64,000 bases of DNA from positions 1 through 64,000 of the forward strand of contig JAANOX010000083.1 of assembly GCA_020184695.1 (NCBI GenBank), in the 5' to 3' direction. Of this stretch, positions 1-11,512 are shown in pieces (position 1 is the first letter of the stretch; each line of letters begins with the position of its first letter). Below the pieces are notes generated by a model, which saw only the letters and a program-made list of their open reading frames with translations, did no database searches and was not told the DNA's origin. The translations under genes were made by a program, and so were the position numbers. Origin of the DNA: Histomonas meleagridis 2922-C6/04-290x (lineage: Eukaryota; Protista; Parabasalia).

Positions 1-267
1 GCCGATTGATTGTCAGTAATACACCTTGCGTGTTATTAACATCTTTTTAATATTGGCTCTGTATTGTTCTTATAGGCTATAACGTCATAAATATTTGATT
101 GGCAAACATTACAGACGCTATACTTTTATAAAGAAACGGTAATTAAATAAGAACAATATTAAAAAGACATGTTAATAAATACACCAAAAGATATTATTAA
201 TGACAATAAATCTGACAATAAATCATAAAAAAAGAAATCAATAACTAATTTATCAGACAATCAATTC

Positions 268-555
268 TTGATTGAATATATAATCAAATTGAATTCACGT
301 ATCGATAAATTAAAAAATAAACAAAAAAGAATAAGTCACAAATATAAAAAAATGAAGTACGACATTTATGATAATATTGACGAAAATGATAATATTAACG
401 AAAATGATAATATTAACGAAACTAATGATCTCAATGAAAACAACAACGAAACTAATGAATTATATAATAATCAATATAATAATCAATATAATAACAATAA
501 TAACAATAAATATGTTATTAAACAAAGGGGTTGGCGAAAGTTAATATCTCATTAA
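268..555 (+). pseudogene. Asn-rich hypothetical ORF remnant of the viral element
   Basis: The same frame continues upstream to about 150 through several TAA codons; low-complexity N/D-rich tail. Confidence 0.3.
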
Positions 556-758
556 TAAATGTATAATTGTTATGTTTATTTTTATATAAATATTATGCCC
601 AAAAAATACCTCAAAAGATTAGGTAATAAGTCCAAAAAATCCAGAAAAAAACATTACGTAGAAGATTAGTAAAACATATTAATAGATCTTCAAATAATAT
701 TAATAGATCTTCAAATAATATTAATAATTCTAATAACAACTCAGCCAGATCAAAAATA

Positions 759-2282
759 ATGAATAATTTATCTCCTATGCCGATATCTATATCACAAACG
801 CCTCCTAATATTAATTTAGATGCTGTACATAATATGAGAAATAATAATGATATTTTACAACAACAAATTAATGATATAAAAAACCAAAAAGAAGCTGAAT
901 TAACACGTAAAAAATTATTAGATAAACAAAAACAGGATATATTATCAGAAACTAAACGTCAGCAGCAATTATATGAAGATGAACGTTCCCGCAGAGAATA
1001 TGTTGAAAAACAACTTGATGAACAACGTAAATTAAATAAACAACGTGAAATCGAAAATGAAAAATATTCTAATATATTATATGAGCTTAAGAAAACACAA
1101 CATAACAACGATATTGATGATTTAAAAAATAAAAATGCTACTATACAAGCACAATTAGCTGAGGCTAAATCATTATTACAAGATAAACAATTTGAACTTG
1201 AAAAAAATGAGTATTATCGTAAGAATAGTTCTTTACAAAATGAACTCAAAAAAATTAATGATGAAAATGAAGTATTACAAAAAGTATTAACATCAGATGA
1301 CTATACAAAAGCTAATGAAATAGCTAAAATTCATCAGATGCAATTAGAACGTGCTCGTTATGAAAATGACATATTAAAATATGAAAATGATTTGAAAAAA
1401 GACCTAGAAAAACAAAAATTAATAGCATCTACTAACTTATCACAAGAAGAGTATGATAATATATTTAACAGACATATATCTCATATAAATAATTTGTTTA
1501 CAGATATTAATAAATATAAACAACAACAAAACAATGAAAGAATCAATAAAATAACATATGACACATTAATAGATTTAGAAGAAAAGGCACAAAGAGAGTA
1601 TATTAATAGTTTACATGACGCATATAAACTACAAAATTTCAATGAAATATCTGATGAAAATATTTCTGCAAGAACTAATAATATACATAAATTAATAACA
1701 ACAAACGTTAAAAATAATATTCAAAAAAATGAATTGGAAAAACAAATCAAATATAAGAATGATTTACGTAAATCTTATGAAAATAAATTATATCAAGAAG
1801 AGATGTTAAAATACTTAGATTCTGATGAACATAAAAAACAAGTTAAAAATACAACTGATCTCATGATTAGGACTCATAAAATTAATAAGCAAAATGATGA
1901 TCTCGAAAAAATTAGAAAACATAAAGAAGAGATTGAAAAAGCATATATTATAAATGATATAAATAACAGTATAGCTTCAAGTGATAAATCTAATGAACAG
2001 ATAGCTGCTGTTGTAATGGACAAAACACAAGACATTTTAAATAAAATCAATAATGATAATCAACAACGTATTGAATTATATAAACAATTATTACAAATAA
2101 TAAACAGTAATGAAGTTATGTTTAATAACTTTTTAATGCAAAACCATTTGTACAGAGATATATTTAATCAATTATATAATTCTCAAGGAAATGAGGGCAG
2201 TATTACTGCTATTACTGATATGATTAATAAATATTATGACTTTTTGAAAAAATCTAATGAAGAAGAAAAACGTTTACATTAA
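759..2282 (+). CDS. Coiled-coil-rich hypothetical protein (507 aa) of the viral element
   Basis: Intact ATG-TAA ORF rich in Q/E/K/N, directly upstream of the capsid-like gene. Confidence 0.7.
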   Translation: MNNLSPMPISISQTPPNINLDAVHNMRNNNDILQQQINDIKNQKEAELTRKKLLDKQKQDILSETKRQQQLYEDERSRREYVEKQLDEQRKLNKQREIENEKYSNILYELKKTQHNNDIDDLKNKNATIQAQLAEAKSLLQDKQFELEKNEYYRKNSSLQNELKKINDENEVLQKVLTSDDYTKANEIAKIHQMQLERARYENDILKYENDLKKDLEKQKLIASTNLSQEEYDNIFNRHISHINNLFTDINKYKQQQNNERINKITYDTLIDLEEKAQREYINSLHDAYKLQNFNEISDENISARTNNIHKLITTNVKNNIQKNELEKQIKYKNDLRKSYENKLYQEEMLKYLDSDEHKKQVKNTTDLMIRTHKINKQNDDLEKIRKHKEEIEKAYIINDINNSIASSDKSNEQIAAVVMDKTQDILNKINNDNQQRIELYKQLLQIINSNEVMFNNFLMQNHLYRDIFNQLYNSQGNEGSITAITDMINKYYDFLKKSNEEEKRLH

Positions 2283-2338
2283 TATATAATAAACATGTAT
2301 TATTTTTAACATATATATATGTTTTTTTGATTATTAAA

Positions 2339-3979
2339 ATGTACGCTCCTCAAAATCAACAACCTAATGTTATAGATGCTATGTCAGGAAATTTAGAAGA
2401 TTGGTATAACGCAGTAGATGATTGTTTAAAATTATCAGAAATTATACCTGGAAATTATGAATACACTACAGCAACTTCTTACGGCAATGTAGGTGATATT
2501 AATGAAGGTGATACTACATATGTAGATATAGCTACTGATAGATTTAAAATTATTAGTTTAGACAATTCATATATTACTTTAAAACAAACTGTTAAAATAA
2601 CAGTTCCTGATCAAACAAATTTATTATTTAAAGAATATTATATTGGTTATAAGTGTTCATGTGATGCTATTGATCAATACAGAATTTATAGTAATACTGA
2701 TAAAATACAAGATATTCATAATGCTAGATATGAATGGTTTATGTTTTATAACAGTTTATCTGATGAAGCTAAGTCCGGTAATGATTGTTTTGCAACAATT
2801 GATAAAATTAGAAATCATGATCCAATGGTACCGGGTGTTTATGTTGATTTATCAGCAATAAATGCTGCCAAGGAAATTACTGTTGAAATACCTTTACGTA
2901 TACCGTTATCATATTTCTTATTATTATTTAATATGAGATATTATCCTAATTGGGCGGGTAAATTATCTATGGAATTAATGCCAAGTTATCAAAATTTAGT
3001 TATAGCACCTATACCTAATTATGATAATATATTGTCAAAAAATGATGATGATAATAATGATAAGAGAGAATATTATATTGATATTCGAGATATTATTAAT
3101 ATCGGTGACGTAGACTTAGGATTTCGTAATATAAATGAAACTGTATATAATAATATCAAAGAAACTAATTCATCTGGATCATATACATATACTGAACAAC
3201 AACAACAATTTATATGTAATACACAAACAACTAAAGACATCAAAATTAAATTAGCAGAATATTTATTAAAAATGGATGTATTTAACGCATTATCTGCTAA
3301 ATATATACAAGTACCGTTATTATTTCCGATACATATATGTCAAGTAAGAGATTTTACACAAGAATTTATAGGTGATAAATCATCAATAGACACAGCTGCT
3401 ACAATTGGTATTAGACATTGTGATACATTATTTACAGTATTTCGCGTAAATCAATATTCTAGAACATGTTTCTTAAATCCACATATCAGTTACAGATTTA
3501 ATATTGACGGTAAAATGTATCCACGAGAAGACTACACAACAGTAGATGATGCTAAAAATATTAATATGTTATTAGATAGTGTTAATTTAAATGGTAGTTT
3601 ATTAAGCAGTCTTAATGAAGATTTAAAAACATCAATACAGCCATATTATTACAATAAAAATACTTATAATGCTTCTGGAGTAAAAACTACAACAAGAATT
3701 TGGCACGGTAAAGATAATAGTAATTTCTTTATAGGATTACCTTTTGCTGAAGGTGAAGATTTCCAAGGCGGTATTTCAACAACGGGTACTATACAAATAG
3801 AACTTCACGGAAATCGTGTAAATACAACTGATTATTTAGCTACAAGTCCAAATGCATCACCTGTAGGTATATATTTTGAAGATGCTATATTAAAAATACG
3901 TTCTGTAAAACCAGAAGGAAGATCACAAATCGAAATTACTAATGCATCTGTAGAACAAGTTATTAACGGATTACGTTAA
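2339..3979 (+). CDS. Putative double jelly-roll major capsid protein
   Basis: Intact ~546-aa beta-strand-like ORF (YVDIATDRFKIISLDNSYITLKQTVKI, VEIPLRIPLS, YRFNIDGKMYP). Size and context match Polinton/PLV MCPs. Fold inferred, not searched. Confidence 0.6.
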   Translation: MYAPQNQQPNVIDAMSGNLEDWYNAVDDCLKLSEIIPGNYEYTTATSYGNVGDINEGDTTYVDIATDRFKIISLDNSYITLKQTVKITVPDQTNLLFKEYYIGYKCSCDAIDQYRIYSNTDKIQDIHNARYEWFMFYNSLSDEAKSGNDCFATIDKIRNHDPMVPGVYVDLSAINAAKEITVEIPLRIPLSYFLLLFNMRYYPNWAGKLSMELMPSYQNLVIAPIPNYDNILSKNDDDNNDKREYYIDIRDIINIGDVDLGFRNINETVYNNIKETNSSGSYTYTEQQQQFICNTQTTKDIKIKLAEYLLKMDVFNALSAKYIQVPLLFPIHICQVRDFTQEFIGDKSSIDTAATIGIRHCDTLFTVFRVNQYSRTCFLNPHISYRFNIDGKMYPREDYTTVDDAKNINMLLDSVNLNGSLLSSLNEDLKTSIQPYYYNKNTYNASGVKTTTRIWHGKDNSNFFIGLPFAEGEDFQGGISTTGTIQIELHGNRVNTTDYLATSPNASPVGIYFEDAILKIRSVKPEGRSQIEITNASVEQVINGLR

Positions 3980-4047
3980 AAATGATATATATAAAAATAA
4001 TATATATAAAAATAATATATATAAAAATAATATATATTATTTAATAT

Positions 4048-4851
4048 TTATTTTTGTTTGTCTATATTTTCATCAGATGCTGTTATAAGTAAATTACTGT
4101 TTTTAATATCTTCATCAATGTCTTCATCAGGTATTGGTCTTATAGATATTGTTATATACATAGGTGATAATAAATGAACTTCTTGTATATTAGCGTCAAC
4201 TAATTTTAATTCTAAATGTGACAAATCACTGTTATTTATTAATACTTCAAAATCAGCATTATTAACAATAATAGGATAATTATTATAAAAAGAATTATCA
4301 ATTCTGAGTATTATTTTTGATATATTGATGTTTTCATTTAAATTTCTATAACTACTTTTACCTAAATTACTTACTATATATAATACAGGTGTTGATAAAT
4401 AATTCCCTACAGAATCGCATAATATTTCATATTTATTCGTATCTTTATTTAAATAAGTTGATGTTAAAGGTAAATTTGTATTATATAAACCTGTTAATTG
4501 TTTTATATTATAACTCATATCATTTACAGTAAATTCATTAGCACTACTAAATATTAATCTGCTTGTAGAATCAGTCTCAACAATAACATTACTTTTTGTA
4601 ATTAAACTTGTTAATAAACTCGCAAAACTTGTATAATTTACATCAGTATACTGTGTGTTAAAAGTATATTTTGTATTATTGATTATTATATAATCATCTT
4701 TTTCAATGACTACTATATTACAATGAGTTGTTAATGATGTAATTATCATTTTAGCAAATCTTGTATAAGGTAATGGTAAATTAACATTAATTCTGTTATA
4801 ATGATTACTGTCATATGATGAAATTATATAATCAATTATTTCATTAAACAT
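4048..4851 (-). CDS. Putative minor capsid (penton, single jelly-roll) protein
   Basis: 267-aa beta-rich ORF ending LELKLVDANIQEVHLLSPMYITISI, the pattern typical of Polinton/PLV penton C-termini; convergent with the MCP-like gene. Confidence 0.55.
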   Translation of the reverse strand: MFNEIIDYIISSYDSNHYNRINVNLPLPYTRFAKMIITSLTTHCNIVVIEKDDYIIINNTKYTFNTQYTDVNYTSFASLLTSLITKSNVIVETDSTSRLIFSSANEFTVNDMSYNIKQLTGLYNTNLPLTSTYLNKDTNKYEILCDSVGNYLSTPVLYIVSNLGKSSYRNLNENINISKIILRIDNSFYNNYPIIVNNADFEVLINNSDLSHLELKLVDANIQEVHLLSPMYITISIRPIPDEDIDEDIKNSNLLITASDENIDKQK

Positions 4852-5056
4852 TGTATTTTATTTTTATAAAAATAATGATATTTGAATTATATATATGTAT
4901 TATATCAACAATTTATGTAATCAATTCTGTAATAAATACATTTATAAAAATATATAATATTGATATTTATAATGAGGAAGAAGAATAAATTCCTGATAAT
5001 ATCAAGAAATCATTATATTGTTAAGGTTTATTTTTCAACATTAGACAAGGTAATAG

Positions 5057-5476
5057 TTATTTTTTTGGCTTTAATATATATATTTCTGGGTCTTCACTAT
5101 AAAATTTTAATGCTTTAACAGTAAATAATAATGTATTTTCTAAGTATAAATCCCAAGCATTTATTATTGATTTTGTTTTTTTGCCTTCAATTCTATTGCC
5201 GACAATAATCTTTTTTAACTTACTCATAGCAATTTTCTCATTAGTATAACTAACTTTAACACAATTATTTAAGCCGTCATAATCTTTAAACATAAAGACT
5301 TCTGGCGTTGAATCGCATACTACAAAGCATTTTTTAATATCAACTAATACATCTAATTTATTTAAATCATATGGACATTTTTTACGAATATCCATTAAAT
5401 TAAATTTATCATTTATATCAATTGTAATATTTTTAACGTCATCAACTGTTAACTTTTGGTTTGTAACGGTTGTCAT
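5057..5476 (-). pseudogene. Truncated viral ORF, possibly the N-terminal part of a primase-helicase
   Basis: 139-aa ORF ending abruptly after KFYSEDPEIY. The assignment is a weak recollection-level resemblance. Confidence 0.3.
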
Positions 5477-5559
5477 ATCTTTTGCTACAAATAAAAATAA
5501 TGTTAAAATTTTATAAACATATGCTTTTTTGAAGATACATTTATTAATAAATTATTTTG

Positions 5560-6015
5560 AGATTATTTTTGTAACCTGTAGCTTCTGTAACTTGTAACTT
5601 ATGTGATATATTAAAGATTAGAAATACTTTTCACAGAATATTTCACATCTATTATAACTTTCTTTAATAATTCTTTTAGTATGTTTATCTCTTATCTGAT
5701 ATGAATAATTAATGTTAATTTCATAATCATAATCAACCTTAGTTGTTTGCCATTACCATTATATTTCATATTTTATATAAATAAAAAATTCATTTTGAAA
5801 AAATTTATTATTATTAAAGTGTAGCCTGTAGCGTTACGTTACCTGTTACTTTAACAAAACTCATATATATCATTATTATTACTTTTATCATATTGATATT
5901 TTTAGAGGTAACATAAGCTACACAAGTAACATCTCAAAAGTATAGGTATTTTAGAGGTTTTTACTGCTACTATTGAATATTACGCGTAGCGAGTATATAA
6001 CTTGTAGCGGCTACA
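5560..6015. repeat. Cluster of GTAAC/GTTAC and GTAGC/GCTAC pentamers in imperfect inverted arrangement
   Basis: gtaacctgtagc...gtaacttgtaac (5571-5598); gtagcctgtagcgttacgttacctgttac (5821-5849); ggtaacataagctacacaagtaac (5907-5930); ttgtagcggctaca (6002-6015). Confidence 0.6.
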
Positions 6016-6063
6016 TTTCTAACAAATTATCTTTTTGAAATTGTTGTTATTTGGAAGTAAACT

Positions 6064-6348
6064 TTATTCTTCGAAGCGAACGCGAGTGAGCTGAGAACAC
6101 ACACCGAGCGGAGCGAAGTGCACAATGAAACGAAGTGGAGTTGTGCTGTGTGTGTGTGTTTGTTTATTACAATCTCGACAACGGAATTGATTGTTGCTGA
6201 GGTATGAAATTTTATTACATTTTTTGCATTCCATTGTTTCAGGTAAAACGCCTTTGAAGATTAAATAATCGATTGCAGCAGAATGAGTGGGGATCATTTG
6301 TAATAAGTGCTTAATAGTAGGCATACCATTTTTGTTTGATGTAAGCAT
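6064..6348 (-). pseudogene. Merlin/ISXO2 (IS1595-like) transposase N-terminal Zn-ribbon fragment
   Basis: AIDYLIFKGVLPETMECKKC...FRCRDC resembles the ISXO2/Merlin N-terminal zinc ribbon; truncated at an (AC)n tract near 6150. Confidence 0.5.
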
Positions 6349-6431
6349 TAAATAATGTCACTTTTTAGTATAAATTATTCCTCTTATATTATGATTTTTT
6401 TTAATGTATTGCGAGCGCCATCGGCACAAGC

Positions 6432-6490
6432 GGTTTTGATCATCATATATTGAAAAAGCGTAGCTTTTTCAATATATGATGATCAAAACC
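6432..6490. repeat. Perfect hairpin, 28-bp stem and 3-nt loop
   Basis: ggttttgatcatcatatattgaaaaagc-gta-gctttttcaatatatgatgatcaaaacc. Confidence 0.95.
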
Positions 6491-6674
6491 TGCGCATCGT
6501 ACAGAGTGAGATCAATGGTTTACTTCGTTAAGGGCCCAGCCCAAAAAATGACTTTTTGTATGATTTACTAAAATGATTTTGTGGAGTCTGTTTGACCAGT
6601 TATATCACTTTTTGAACGAGTATTCAATGTGTGATGATTGTAAAATAGACCCATAGTATGTCCTGCATGTCCAC

Positions 6675-7325
6675 GATGTCCACGGTCGTCCTAGTACATT
6701 TGAGTTCTAATTTTTTGGAGGGGCAACAGGCAAAAAGGCAACAATTATAAATTTACATTAATACATCGTGTCAATGATTTTCATATTTTTTAGAGAGGGC
6801 ACAAAAGCAAAATTTTATGAGTTTATATAAACTAACAGAGGTATGTGTTTTATATCATGTTTTCCGTAAATCATACCTTATCATATAGTACGTGGACAGA
6901 CATTATTTATACCGATTATATCTAACATATGATTGCTATAATGCCTATTTTGCTTATAAAATTTTTCTCTAATTATACCCTTTTATACAGGACATGGTCG
7001 GACATAATTAATAATAATATTTATCGTTAGAAATATATTGTTGAAATATGTATTGTTGATAGATATTATATCCTAAAATAAATGATAATTATAATATATA
7101 TTGTCCGTCTACGTTCCTTATATATAGGTATTATTAGAGTAGAATTTATATATAGCATATATAGCAAAATAGCATATATTATCATTATGTTGGATTTTAT
7201 AGTTGTGCCTCTCTTAAAAATATGAAAAATTACAGACACGATGTTTTCATCAAATTTATCGTGCCCTTTTGCCTTGCTGCCCTCTACTTTTTAAAGAACT
7301 CAAATGTCCATAGAAGACCGTGGAC
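6675..7325. repeat. Degenerate ~650-bp inverted repeat (giant palindrome)
   Basis: 6681-6810 aligns with the reverse complement of 7200-7322 (cacggtc..acatttgagttct..ggca..aggcaaaa..acatcgtgtc..tttcatattttt.agagagg.caca); 6920-7020 aligns with the reverse complement of 7085-7195. Confidence 0.8.
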
Positions 7326-7395
7326 AAGCAAGAGTTTTCAGCAAAAATTTCGTAATAGTAAACATTACTAAAAATAATAATATTTTCAACAGATT

Positions 7396-8324
7396 TTATT
7401 GAACAATTAAATTTTTGAACAAAAAAAGTAGTTTTTGATAAAATTTAAGTATATAATGCTTATACATATCAAATTTCACGTGTTTATCTTTATCGATTAT
7501 TTTTTTGTTTGAATTTTTATCGAGACTTTCAACATTATTTGATTCATGATCACTTGAACTAATATGTTGTAATAGTCCTCCAAAATATAACTTTCTTCTG
7601 AAAAAAATAACGATATTACATAGTGTTCTCTTATCCAAAGTACCATCATCTACAATAATTGAGACATGTTTTTCTAATAATTCATTATTAATTCGTTTCC
7701 TAATTTCCGACGCATAAGCCACAATAAGGCCTCTTATTTTAGATGGGCATGGTGTATTCTTTTTTGCATCGATTGCAACTAGAAGATCGTGCCATTATTT
7801 CCCCGAGAGTAGTTATAGGCATATTAAGTCGACACATTGGATTTAACAAGAGCTATTTGTCCGTTAGTAAGACAACTTAGTGATATTATTTCATTTGAAT
7901 CATCCTGATTTTCATCATGCTAGCTTTTGTTGACAGCAATGTATTCATTTATGTTATGATTTGTTTTAGAATATTGTTTATTTTCCAAGCATTTTTTACC
8001 ATGTTTATATAATAATCGATGATTAGCGAAATATTGTCCACAAACCTTGCAATTTTCATTAAATATTTTGTGTCAATATCCTTCGATTTCCATCAATTGA
8101 TCTTTTTGAGATAAAAACCATATCTCTAACTCATCTAATGTATCACCGTGGCTTTCTTTTAATAAAATTTGTCTTTGTTTTCTTTGGACATATTTATTGC
8201 CCTGATCATTCTTAAATAAACATTCAAGGTGCATTTTACTTGGCCATTTACGTTGTGTAAAGTATATAAAAACGATAATTTGTGAAAGTGTATTTGAATG
8301 AAGAAGTAATCCCAAAGCAAACAT
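7396..8324 (-). pseudogene. Degraded hAT-like transposase
   Basis: A C2H2/BED-like finger CKVCGQYFANHRLLYKHGKKC at about 8070-8000 is followed, across stops and frameshifts, by IRGLIVAYASEIRKRINN...SIIVDDGTL (hAT first-Asp region). Confidence 0.45.
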
Positions 8325-8468
8325 TTTTGTTATATAACATTATTTAGCAAACTAATTCCACCATGGATAACACTCATATGTAAATACAATTTTTTATTTA
8401 TTGATGTTTTAAAATTCAATACAATGTTTTTCATTTTTCTATTTTATTCTGGATGGATCTGTTGGTAA

Positions 8469-8780
8469 TCATTGTCCTTTTTTATCCTGTGATGAAACTA
8501 AATCACTTCCAAGCATAATCTCTACAGATTTAATATATCCTCTATCGAGCTTACTCAGATAAAATTTACATTCGGTATATAAATTTATAATTTCATATAA
8601 TTCATCTGGAACATCATCAAAATCAATACTCCAGCAGAAATTAATAAAAAATCTTAGAATAATATTTCGAATCATTTGTGAATGCAATGAAATATCTAAA
8701 ATTTGACTAAATAACTGAAGAAAATGACTAAATTCTGGTATGAATGCATCGAGCCCAAATCTAATGTCATCCGTTCGATT
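8469..8780 (-). pseudogene. Unassigned coding remnant, possibly a transposase C-terminus
   Basis: Open frame from about 8780 (RTDDIRFGLDAFIPEFSHFLQL...), truncated by the TTCGAA array. Confidence 0.25.
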
Positions 8781-8789
8781 TCAATAGAG

Positions 8790-8935
8790 GATTTTCGAAA
8801 AAAAGAATTTTTTTTCGAAAAAAGTGATGATTTTTCGAAATAGGTGGGGTTTTTCGAAAAAACTCGGTATACATCGAAGAACCGTTACATTTCGAAAAAC
8901 CGTTGAGTTTCGCAAAAAATTTTTTTTCGAAAAAA
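8790..8935. repeat. Array of about 8 palindromic TTTTCGAAAA motifs at ~19-20-bp spacing
   Basis: Copies near 8792, 8813, 8832, 8852, 8873 (degenerate), 8890, 8908 (degenerate) and 8924. Confidence 0.85.
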
Positions 8936-9064
8936 CTAACTTTATGAGTGATTTACTTGTAAAACAAATACTCAAAATTTTGAGTGGAATTTCACATAAA
9001 CTATACAAAAAATGCATCAAAAATATATTTTTCTCTGATTAATTTTGGTTTATTAAAACTTGAT

Positions 9065-9715
9065 TTTGTTGATGTGCCACTCTAAGTGGATGCTCTGAAA
9101 TATAAGAATTATTAAGAGCTATACATATTTACATAATTGATGGAAACAATTTAGATCGATCACCTCTATACTGTTGTCCCAAGACTCCAAAATTCGATTT
9201 TAGTCTACCAAAATAGTTTTCCACTATTACACGATCTTTTTCGATCCGTGTATTGGTAGCTATTTCTTCTTGTGTAATATCTCTATTTGCTTTTTGATAG
9301 TGACGATAGCCTCCGGGTACCCCTGTGAGTTTAAACCAGTATACCCTTTATCGAAAAGTCCTTGAAAATGACGTACAATTTGTGTTCCGTTTTGCATTGT
9401 CATGTGCACAGACAAAAACCTCTCAAGCCACATGCTATCCTTGAATGCTTTCAAATCATGAATCGAACCCGGGATCCCGACAGAAAAAAGTGTACAGAGA
9501 CCGTTAGGACGAACGAGAGCTTGTATTTTCACTCCACATATGCCATGTTTGAAGGACCAATTACGTTTTTGGTCTTCTTTTGACTCAGGCTTGTTGATAA
9601 TTATGAAGGTGGTGTCAATAGCACCAACAGCATTAAAGAAGTTCTAAAAATGAAGTTCATCTGGAATTAGTTGAATAGGCATTACACAAAATTGTGCGAC
9701 TAACGGTCTCTGTAA
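9065..9715 (-). pseudogene. PIF/Harbinger-ISL2EU (DDE_Tnp_4, IS5-like) transposase remnant
   Basis: VGAIDTT, PGSIHDLKAF, LFDKGYTG and RVIVENYFGRLKSNFGVL motifs in order, with stops and frameshifts. Confidence 0.8.
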
Positions 9716-9785
9716 TAACTTTAGTTTTCAATATAATAAAGAATATAACACATTAATGGACGAATTTAATATTTAATTAGAAAAA

Positions 9786-11088
9786 GTATATATTTATTAA
9801 TAAAACATCATCTGATCTTATTCTTTTGAAGATATATTAATTGCATCCGGAACTGGATTTAATAAATATCTTGGTACTGACATTTTTATACCTATTTTAT
9901 AATGTATATCAATTTTACCTTATTCGAAATTATACACTATCTAAATATCTGGTAATATTTTTGATCTTTTTTTTAATTGATCTGTGTTATTCACTGTTAC
10001 TGTTGTACCAGGAGGTAAATAAAATCCTCTTTGTTTCATAATTTCATAATTTAATTTATGTAAAGATAAACCAAATGATTTTTGTTTCATTTTAGCTTCA
10101 TATGGTGATATTTTTTTATGATTTAATTTAGATAATGTTTTATGATAATTATAATTATAATTATGTATAATTTTATTCATATCATGAGGTTGAATACACT
10201 CTAATATTATCAGCCATATCTCTAATAGTTCTACAAATTCTATTAATCATAGCTAAAGATGAATGTATAGGATAAGATTTATTTTTAATTATTATTCTTT
10301 CAACAGGAATTATTTTAGTACCAATTAAATGATTTGAAATATATTGTAAAGGTTTTGATAAAAATGTTGTTTCTGAATCACAATGAATAATTTTAGGATT
10401 TAATAAACCTGTACCATAAAGTACAAATAAAGCTTTAGCTACACTTTCGATTGATTTTTTACTATGTTTATCGTTTATTTTAATATTAGTAGAAGTACCA
10501 AATAAATATCTAGTTTGTACTTCTACAGCTAATAAATAACAATAATCATATTCAAATTCGTCACTATGTGTAATAAAATAAATTCATTTGATATTCTCCA
10601 TTACCTCCAATATATTTTGATTGATGTTTTTCATTTAATTTGGATGGAAAATAATTTATATTCGGTTTTATTTTACCTATATTTGTATAATCAATACTAT
10701 AAGGTATATTTAATTTTTTAAATAAATATCTATTTTTATTTAAAGTTTTAAAACCTGTATTAATATTTTGTTTATTATCATAAATATTGTAAAATTCATT
10801 TAGAGTTACTTGTCTAAAATAATGAAAATAATATGAAGAATATAATGAATGAGCATAATCTAATGAAATATTTTGTTGTATATTCAAGTTAGTTAATCCT
10901 GTAATCAAGGAAATATTAAATTCTCGCATAGTTTTAGGTTTCCCATTTTGTATATCATTTTCTACGTCTTTTGCAAATATTTTATGAAGTAATTTTCTTA
11001 CAAATGTATATTGTAGAATAATAGATATATAATAGTTATAATATTCATTTGATGTATATAGACCTATATGTCCATCGATATAATTCAT
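9786..11088 (-). pseudogene. Retroviral-like (rve) integrase of Maverick type, frameshifted
   Basis: YIGGNGEYQMNLF (first Asp changed to Asn), PKIIHCDSETTF and HSSLAMINRICRTIRDM motifs spread over several frames. Confidence 0.75.
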
Positions 11089-11149
11089 ATTATATCCTTT
11101 AATAATATCATTAATTAATTTTTTAGATTCATTAAAATCTAGTTTTGTA

Positions 11150-11482
11150 TTAATTTGGGGTTTTCTTAGAAAAAATTAGAATAAATCTATCTATAATGAT
11201 TTGATAATATTCTAACATAGTCTTATGTTGAATTATATATGTTGGTGATATTGAAACCCCATTTCTAAGAGATTTTGTTGTTTCATCCATTAGTTTTGAA
11301 AAATTATTTAATGATAAATCAAATTTCAGAATACGAAAAATTACTCTTAAATTTTGCATTAAAAATTCGTAAATAGAAGGCTTTATTTCAGGTCCTTCAT
11401 CATTAAGTAGAGCTAATCGTCGTACTTCATCTATTGATGATTTATTAATGTAAGGCTCTTTTTTTGGTTCACGTTCTTCCAT
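11150..11482 (-). CDS. Hypothetical protein (110 aa) of the viral element
   Basis: Intact ATG ORF co-oriented between the fibre-like gene and the integrase. Confidence 0.5.
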   Translation of the reverse strand: MEEREPKKEPYINKSSIDEVRRLALLNDEGPEIKPSIYEFLMQNLRVIFRILKFDLSLNNFSKLMDETTKSLRNGVSISPTYIIQHKTMLEYYQIIIDRFILIFSKKTPN

Positions 11483-11512
11483 TTTAAAAAATAAGAATGA
11501 AATAAAATATTT

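Noticed and set aside
8790-8935. Heat-shock elements
   Set aside because: TTCGAA lacks the nGAAnnTTCn spacing, and the context is a transposon end.
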